43,852 nt of DNA. Origin: Xanthobacteraceae bacterium (GTDB lineage: Bacteria > Pseudomonadota > Alphaproteobacteria > Rhizobiales > Xanthobacteraceae). Below are positions 38,106 to 43,852 of this stretch, piece after piece. Numbering within the stretch: position 1 is the first letter of the stretch; each line of letters opens with the position of its first letter. The stretch is from positions 1 to 43,852 of the forward strand of contig DASSJW010000587.1 in the NCBI GenBank assembly GCA_035690995.1, in the 5' to 3' direction. Made by a program: the position numbers and the translations under genes. Below the pieces are notes generated by a model. That model was not told the DNA's origin, did no database searches, and worked only from the letters and a program-made list of their open reading frames with translations.

Positions 38106-39013
38106 CAGGTAAGTCCCTTGACGCTGAGTGAGCAGTAGGACTCCGTCTCGCCCGGGATCTCGATGTTCCAGTCGTCGTAGAAACCGAAGATCGAGAGGGC
38201 GGAGTAGCCACCGTCAGAGTTGAAGACGCAGGGCGTGGCCCGAATAGTCGCGAGGAAGGCGGCGATCGCGTCGATGCGGGTATTGTCGATGTAGGCCTTG
38301 AACTCGGCGCGCTTTGAAAACGGCCGCTTAACCAGCGTCCAGTTGCCGAAGTCGTCAGCGACGACCCGGCTGAAGTCCTGAATGCCGAGCCTCGTGCCGG
38401 GCCCGATGTTCATGCCGATGTACATCAGCTGGCCGATGATGAGTGTGCCGATGCGAACCGTGCTGCCGTCGGCTGTCGCGATGACCTGGATCGTCGGATT
38501 GCCGAAGACCGGCAGGTCGGTGACCACCAGGTCGCCCTGGCGGATGATCGGCTCGAAGAAATAATCGTACCAGTTGTTGATGCCGCTATCGGCCGTCAGG
38601 TTGAACGTCCGATTGTAGATCTCGCCATCGGCCACGGTCGTCGCGATGATCTGGACCGTGTCGGCCGCGATATTCAGCAGCGAGACCGCATTCGCGCGGC
38701 CGCTGACCGCGACGCTCACGTCAATGACGTCCGTGTTCGACGACTGGGACGAGTTCGACAGGTCGAACATGCGCCAGCGGCGGTTCATGCCTCGATCGAG
38801 CCACCAGGCAGCGTCGCTCAGAGCATGACCGGAATTGGCGTCGGCCAGGCTTTCAAACTCATGGTGGAGGAAATCGGGAGAGCCGACGCCGATAACGACG
38901 GCCCCCTTGGCGTACGTCGTCGCCGGATTGTAATCCGCGTAGTCGGCATTCTCGCCGATGTTCGAAGAGACCAGGGTCGAATCGTTGATCGGCGCGGAGC
39001 GAACGATCTCCAT
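38105..39013 (-). CDS. tail-tip / distal tail structural protein
   Basis: 302 aa immediately after the tape measure (1-nt overlap). N-terminal YNPATTYAKGAVV...HEFESLADANSGH is a carbohydrate-binding-like motif. Confidence 0.5.
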   Translation of the reverse strand: MEIVRSAPINDSTLVSSNIGENADYADYNPATTYAKGAVVIGVGSPDFLHHEFESLADANSGHALSDAAWWLDRGMNRRWRMFDLSNSSQSSNTDVIDVSVAVSGRANAVSLLNIAADTVQIIATTVADGEIYNRTFNLTADSGINNWYDYFFEPIIRQGDLVVTDLPVFGNPTIQVIATADGSTVRIGTLIIGQLMYIGMNIGPGTRLGIQDFSRVVADDFGNWTLVKRPFSKRAEFKAYIDNTRIDAIAAFLATIRATPCVFNSDGGYSALSIFGFYDDWNIEIPGETESYCSLSVKGLT

Positions 39014-42000
39014 TATGCGTCGCTCACGACATTCAGCGGCGTATCCGCGTCGGTCCGGACGAGGAGCCCGTCGCCGTCAACGCGGCTCCAATATCGCTCG
39101 AGCTTGGTGAGCGCCTCGACGATGCGAGCGTTCTGCCGGATCATCGTCTCGTTCTGCTCGATGAGCAGCGCGTTGCTGTCGCCGCTGGAGGTCGCGCCGG
39201 AGGGAACAGCCGTGGCGCTGCTGCTGGTCGCGGCCGCGTCGACGAGCTGAGAGTTCGTCGGCGGTGTCTGGATCGTGCTCGAGCTCTGCGTGCTGGCCAC
39301 GCCAAGAGCTGCTGCCGTTGCCGCGGTATTCGCATTGATGTCCGCGAGGATCGACGTCGCGTTCTTCAGCGCATCAAGCTGCAGCTGCGCATAGTCAGCA
39401 GTCTCTTCGGCGGCGAAGATGCCCTTGTCGACGCCCTGAGCGACCAGAGCGACGTCGCGGAGGTATTGCTCGCGCGAGGAGGCGTTGTTCTTCGCGGCAT
39501 CGAGGAAGGCCTTCCCGGCGCTTTCCAGCCCGCCCAGGGCCGTCGCGTCGCCCGTGGCGGCCAACGCAGCCGTAGCACTGAACTGCGCCTTCAGAACCGC
39601 ATAGGCGTTCGCCTGAGCTGCATCCGTCTGGAACAGCGTGTTTCGATACTTCTTCAGGCTCTCGGCGAACTTGCTGAACTGGTCGACCGTCTTCTGCAGC
39701 GTGTCGATCTGCGCCTTGTTGGCCTGCTCGACGTAGTCCAGCACCTTATCGAACGCTGGCGCGACTTGAAGGAGCGCCGCATACATGTCCCGGCCAGCGG
39801 CCGTGGTGAGATCGAGACCGAGTACCGCGGCCTTGAATTGCTCCCGTGTCTGGATGCTCGCCATGCCGAGACGCGCGAGCTCCTCGCGAACCGCCGCCTG
39901 GATGGGTGCGATCTGCTCGGCTTCGCTCAGGAACTCATCCCGGAAGGTGCTCGTAGCCTCAACGAACTCATCAAGCCCGCCGAACAGCTGCACCAATGCA
40001 TCGCGCGCCGCCACTGAGGAGACGCCCACAGCGCCGAACGTGCGGCCGATCGATTCGAGCGCGATATCCACGACTTCGTATTCGCGGGCAACGCGAATGA
40101 AGGTCTCGAACAGGCCTTCGCCGACCTTCTGCATCTGCGTGAGCGTCGGGAAGATCGCACCCGCCATGTCATCGCCGACCTTCGAGAAGATCGCATTGAG
40201 CTGATCCTCGATCTCCTCGCCGGTCATGCCCTTGAACGAGATCTGGCCCAGCTTGACCTGGAAGCCATTCAGGATGGCCTCAGCGCCCTGAAGGCCGATG
40301 ACGTCCGCGGCAGATAGGAGGCCGTCGCGAAGGCTGGTGACAACCTCCTGGATCGCGGCCGCTATGTCGCCGTCGAGCGCACCCTTCGTCGTTTCGTAGC
40401 TGGTCTTTGTGCCACCGCCGATACCGAGGAACCCGCTCGACTTCTTGACCTTCTGGACCACCGAATAGGTGAAACCGTCGATGCCGTTGGCGATGATGTC
40501 GGCCACGCTCGATGAAGCCAGGTTGATGCCCTGATCCCAGAGCGTGCGCGTCGTCGACTTTGCACCGATGCCGAGAAACCCGCCCGAGCCACTGGAGCCG
40601 AGCTTCAGCTTCGAGGTGTCGAACATGCCGCCGTTAACGAGGATCTGCTTGGCCACTGTGCCGGCGAGCTTCGAAATGCTCGTATCGATGCTCCGGAGCG
40701 CCTGGAGCATGGCGTTCGTGTATTCGAGATCCTTGTTGGTGTTGTTCGCCACGATCTCAAGTGATCGCGCGATGCTCTCAGACTTCGCCTTCGGATCGCC
40801 CAGCACTGATCCCGTGCCCGCGCCCGCCTGAAGGTCGTCAGAGGTTGGGATCGAAGGTCCGCCACCGCCACCCCCGCCGCCAGCCTTGGCGCCAAGCGCG
40901 GCGAGCACCGCGACCATGGCCGCGACGACAGGGAACGCCCACGGGCCCAGCTCAGCGAAGATCTTGGAACCACCCTCCGCCGTATTGGCCGTCGTGCGGA
41001 CCGCGCTGTTCGCCAGGTGCGACGCAGTCTTCGTGGTGTCACGGACCATCGAGGCAATCGTTTCGGCCGCCTGCCAGAGGGCGTAGGCCTTCTCGATCGC
41101 ACTGATCGCCTTGAAGGCCGCACTCTTCTCTTTGAACAGCGACTTCACGCCGGAAATCGCCTGGGCCGTCGCCTTCATTTGCGCCGTCTGCGAGGCCTTC
41201 GCAGCCAAGACCTCAATCTGCGCCTGCCGGGTGGCATCACTGCCAGCTTTCTTCATCTCGTCCCGGCGCCAATCGGCGATCGCCTGCTGCTGCGTCTGAT
41301 AATCGGTGAGCGTCGTCAGGAGACCGCCGATCGAGTCTCCGAACCCGCCGAAAGCGTCGGAGAGGACGTTGCTGAGAACCCCTGCCTGGTCACCGATCGC
41401 GCCAAGCAGGTCGCGGGTGTAGGATAGGCTGGCGTTGTAATTGTTCTGAGCTGTCGCGTTCGCTTCGGTCTGAACCGCGATGTCAGCCATTGTCTGGGCA
41501 TAGGCCTTTGCCTCGGCCGGCGACGCGCCCGGGTTGGCCTTAAGGTACTGCTCGGCCTGCAGCAGAGCGATCGCTCTGGCTCGCTCCTCGTTGGTCGCGC
41601 CGATAAGTTTCGCCTCGAGACGCAGCTGCTCCAGCTTCTCCCGACCAGCCGCAGTATCGGCGAGCACCTTGCCTCGATTGGTTTCAGCGTTTGCAGCGGC
41701 CTGCTGAATGCGCAGGAACTCAATGGCCTTGCCGAGCTTGACCTTCTCCGCGCCTTCGGCGGCCGCGTACTTGATCAGAAGCGGCCGAAGCTGGGCCTCA
41801 TTCCGGAGCGCCGTCTGGGCAGCCTCAGCTGAGATGGTGCCAGCCGCCAGGGCATCGTTGACCGCACGCTGAGCGCTCGCCTGGCCGCGCAGCTCTGCTC
41901 CGGCCTTTCCAGCATCGACAGCGGCCTGCGAGATCGCCAAGCGCATCTGCTGCGCCACATAGGCCTCGACGTCGGCCTTCTTCTTGATCGCCTCAGCAGT

Positions 42001-43773
42001 GGCCTTGGCACGGATCTCGGCCTCAAACGCCGCGGCGTCGCTGACCTGGTAGGCGGCGGCGAGATCGTAGTTGCCCTTTATGAGCGCCTCCGTGGCCGCG
42101 ATCTCGCGTGCCAGGGCCTCCGCTGAGCGATCCGGACGGTTCTTCTTCGGCGTCCGGTCATCCTTGATGTCCTGAGCCTGCTTCCGAAGACGGTTCTCAG
42201 CGCGCTTCGTGGCCGCGGCACTGCTGTCATCGAAGAACTTCATGGTGGCGTCGAAGCCCGCATGCATGTCCTTCATGATGCCCTGAACGACGCCTTTCGT
42301 GGTGCCGGCAAACTGGTTCTGCATGCGCTCCAACGCGACAGTCCCGATCGTCGGGATCGACGTGCCCAGCGCGCCGTTCACGCCCTCGATGACTTTGTTC
42401 ATCGCGCCGATCGCGAGGTTCACCAGCTTCTCAATGCCGGCGATGCCAAGGTTCACTGCGCCGACGATGCCTTCGGCCACCATGGCCGGAAGGTTCATGA
42501 CTATACGGCCGATGCCGGTGATGCCGGCGTAAAACGCACCGACCAGGATAGCGACGGAGAACTTTCCGAACTCGCCGATCTTCTTGAAGGCGTCGCCAAA
42601 CCAGGACTTCAGCCCATCTGCGGTGAAGCCGAGCCTTTCCGCGAGCGTATCGAAGACGCCGCCCATGGTGTCGCCCCACGTCACGCCGACGTCCTTCAGC
42701 TTCTCCATCTCTTTCTTGGTCAGACCGAGCGTGCCGGCGAACTTCTGCATCTCGGCATCGCTCGCCGCCGATTGCTTCACGCCCCACAAGGCCGCACCGA
42801 ATAGCCCGGCAGCCGCGGCGAGGCCGGTGAACGGCGCGACCATCGCGAGCACCTGCTTCAGCAGTCCGCCCATGCCGATGCCAGCCTGAGACATGACGCC
42901 GTTGATCTGCGTTCCCTGCTGGAAGAGCGCCATCATGGCCATTGAGAATGGCCGGCTGCTCTGCGCCGCCATGGCCATCTGCATACTCAGGTCCTGGAAC
43001 TGGAACGCCAGGTTCTGGACGTGATGGCTTGCCAGCTTGCCGGTATTCCCGACGGTGCCAAGGCCCTGGTTGACCGCGCTGTGCCGGCGTTCGACGTCGC
43101 TGAGCCGCTGAGCCAGCACCTCCTGTTGGCGCGCATATTCCGCCGGCGCCGTCGCGCCAGCGTGATACAGCCGGGTGCTCTCGGCGATTTCCGCGTTCAG
43201 GCGAACCGTTGCTGCGTAGAGCGGATCCGTGGCCATCCGCATCCGCTCGGCTGCGAGTGCATCAGCTTCCTGAGCATCATGCGAGGCCCGGACCTTCGCT
43301 GCGAGATCCGCATGCGCGGCCGCCTGCCTTTGAGCGGCATCGGCCTCGCGTAGAGCAGCTGCCGCCGCCTGGTCGCGCATCGATGCCAGCTGGGCTTCTT
43401 GGGCACGGAGACGCTCAGCTAACTCCCCTAGGCCGTTCTGCTCCGCGACCAGTGCGGCGGCAGCGGCCCGGGTCATGCCGAACGTGGCAATCTGTCGCTC
43501 CATTTGGCGGGATAGTGCCTCACCGGCCTTCTCCGCCCGAGCGGCCGAGCGCTCCGTTGCTGCGAGCTCTCGCGTCGCTGCGCCGCCGAAAGCCTGAATG
43601 CCAGCCGTAGCGCCGCCCAGCTTCAGCATCCCGCTGGTCGCGCGCTCGATATTCTTGGCGTCGGCGACGATCTTCGCTTCCGCCGAGTTCATCACTTCCT
43701 GGGCGGTGATCAGCTCCGCATATGTCGGTTCGATTGCAAAGCCGACCTCAAGGGTTGGCGTACCGTCGTCCAT
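39013..43773 (-). CDS. tail tape measure protein
   Basis: 1586 aa, highly helical and Ala-rich, with an internal hydrophobic/Gly-rich block (GGGGGGGPS). GGAGGGGAGG SD. Position before the tail-tip genes. Confidence 0.85.
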   Translation of the reverse strand: MDDGTPTLEVGFAIEPTYAELITAQEVMNSAEAKIVADAKNIERATSGMLKLGGATAGIQAFGGAATRELAATERSAARAEKAGEALSRQMERQIATFGMTRAAAAALVAEQNGLGELAERLRAQEAQLASMRDQAAAAALREADAAQRQAAAHADLAAKVRASHDAQEADALAAERMRMATDPLYAATVRLNAEIAESTRLYHAGATAPAEYARQQEVLAQRLSDVERRHSAVNQGLGTVGNTGKLASHHVQNLAFQFQDLSMQMAMAAQSSRPFSMAMMALFQQGTQINGVMSQAGIGMGGLLKQVLAMVAPFTGLAAAAGLFGAALWGVKQSAASDAEMQKFAGTLGLTKKEMEKLKDVGVTWGDTMGGVFDTLAERLGFTADGLKSWFGDAFKKIGEFGKFSVAILVGAFYAGITGIGRIVMNLPAMVAEGIVGAVNLGIAGIEKLVNLAIGAMNKVIEGVNGALGTSIPTIGTVALERMQNQFAGTTKGVVQGIMKDMHAGFDATMKFFDDSSAAATKRAENRLRKQAQDIKDDRTPKKNRPDRSAEALAREIAATEALIKGNYDLAAAYQVSDAAAFEAEIRAKATAEAIKKKADVEAYVAQQMRLAISQAAVDAGKAGAELRGQASAQRAVNDALAAGTISAEAAQTALRNEAQLRPLLIKYAAAEGAEKVKLGKAIEFLRIQQAAANAETNRGKVLADTAAGREKLEQLRLEAKLIGATNEERARAIALLQAEQYLKANPGASPAEAKAYAQTMADIAVQTEANATAQNNYNASLSYTRDLLGAIGDQAGVLSNVLSDAFGGFGDSIGGLLTTLTDYQTQQQAIADWRRDEMKKAGSDATRQAQIEVLAAKASQTAQMKATAQAISGVKSLFKEKSAAFKAISAIEKAYALWQAAETIASMVRDTTKTASHLANSAVRTTANTAEGGSKIFAELGPWAFPVVAAMVAVLAALGAKAGGGGGGGGPSIPTSDDLQAGAGTGSVLGDPKAKSESIARSLEIVANNTNKDLEYTNAMLQALRSIDTSISKLAGTVAKQILVNGGMFDTSKLKLGSSGSGGFLGIGAKSTTRTLWDQGINLASSSVADIIANGIDGFTYSVVQKVKKSSGFLGIGGGTKTSYETTKGALDGDIAAAIQEVVTSLRDGLLSAADVIGLQGAEAILNGFQVKLGQISFKGMTGEEIEDQLNAIFSKVGDDMAGAIFPTLTQMQKVGEGLFETFIRVAREYEVVDIALESIGRTFGAVGVSSVAARDALVQLFGGLDEFVEATSTFRDEFLSEAEQIAPIQAAVREELARLGMASIQTREQFKAAVLGLDLTTAAGRDMYAALLQVAPAFDKVLDYVEQANKAQIDTLQKTVDQFSKFAESLKKYRNTLFQTDAAQANAYAVLKAQFSATAALAATGDATALGGLESAGKAFLDAAKNNASSREQYLRDVALVAQGVDKGIFAAEETADYAQLQLDALKNATSILADINANTAATAAALGVASTQSSSTIQTPPTNSQLVDAAATSSSATAVPSGATSSGDSNALLIEQNETMIRQNARIVEALTKLERYWSRVDGDGLLVRTDADTPLNVVSDA

Positions 43774-43816
43774 CGATCGCCTCCCCTCCGATTGAGGGGC
43801 GATCCAGGCCCCTTAG

Positions 43817-43852
43817 TTAGCTGGCTCGCGCCATGGCGCTCTCAATCGCCCC
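43817..43852 (-). CDS. 3' end of an ORF entering from beyond the window end (GAIESAMARAS-stop); likely the C-terminus of the chaperone at 1-264
   Basis: Reverse complement of 43852-43817 reads ggg gcg att gag agc gcc atg gcg cga gcc agc taa, in frame with the ORF ending at base 1. Confidence 0.5.
   Translation of the reverse strand, partial: GAIESAMARAS

Noticed and set aside
43774-43852. Programmed -1 frameshift (G/GT) extension of the tail chaperone
   Set aside because: Both alternative frames after the chaperone C-terminus hit stops within a few codons. Only 44 nt separate its stop from the tape-measure ATG. No slippery heptamer was seen.
1-43852. CRISPR arrays, complete tRNA/rRNA genes, transposases/IS elements, reverse transcriptase (DGR/retron)
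   Set aside because: None was seen on either strand by eye. The only repeats are the operator, att-arm, ori-like and GGGGCCCACT motifs reported above.

Overview
The window reads as a complete, circularly permuted ~43.9 kb genome of a temperate HK97-like siphovirus from a high-GC, alphaproteobacterial-type host. The two window ends join in frame inside a tail-chaperone gene.

Layout:
- Minus strand, 16517 down to 1, one tightly packed operon: cro-like and CII-like regulators, small ORFs, a Myb/SANT-repeat protein, a RuvC-like resolvase, an orphan DndC-like PP-loop enzyme, a DUF1376-like putative replication initiator with ori-like iterons inside it, and a NusG/RfaH-like paralog. A 232-bp structured gap (probable cos) follows, then HNH, TerS, TerL, portal, S49 protease, major capsid, connectors, major tail and chaperone.
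- Continuing across the window junction on the minus strand (43773 down to 28761): a 1586-aa tape measure, a tail-tip protein, two paralogous fibres, a DUF2341/LamG protein, a lysis cassette and a run of accessory genes. A plus-strand acyltransferase-3 moron interrupts this block.
- Plus strand: an XRE-type repressor (16559-17026) flanked by two operator pairs. A rightward early operon runs from 17305 to 26782 (micro-ORFs, PD-(D/E)XK exonuclease, Sak4-like ATPase, HerA/FtsK-like ATPase with two winged helices, HD-family hydrolase, DUF4326-like protein) and ends in a tyrosine integrase.
- attP (26783-26969) carries the 5' half of tRNA-Gly(UCC) and four GTGTAAAA arm-type repeats.

Best candidates for something undescribed, all based on motif reading and unproven:
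1. The attP-proximal accessory island (26982-31399): a sigma-region-4/alpha-CTD-like fusion, a two-gene module with a degenerate ImmA/IrrE-like protein, a stand-alone OmpR-type winged helix plus a secreted Calx-beta protein, a lipoprotein, a DUF1508 protein, and a Cys-rich protein coupled to the endolysin.
2. The HerA-like ATPase with tandem winged helices, coupled to HD and DUF4326 genes.
3. The orphan DndC-like enzyme.

All family calls come from reading motifs by eye. No database search was run.
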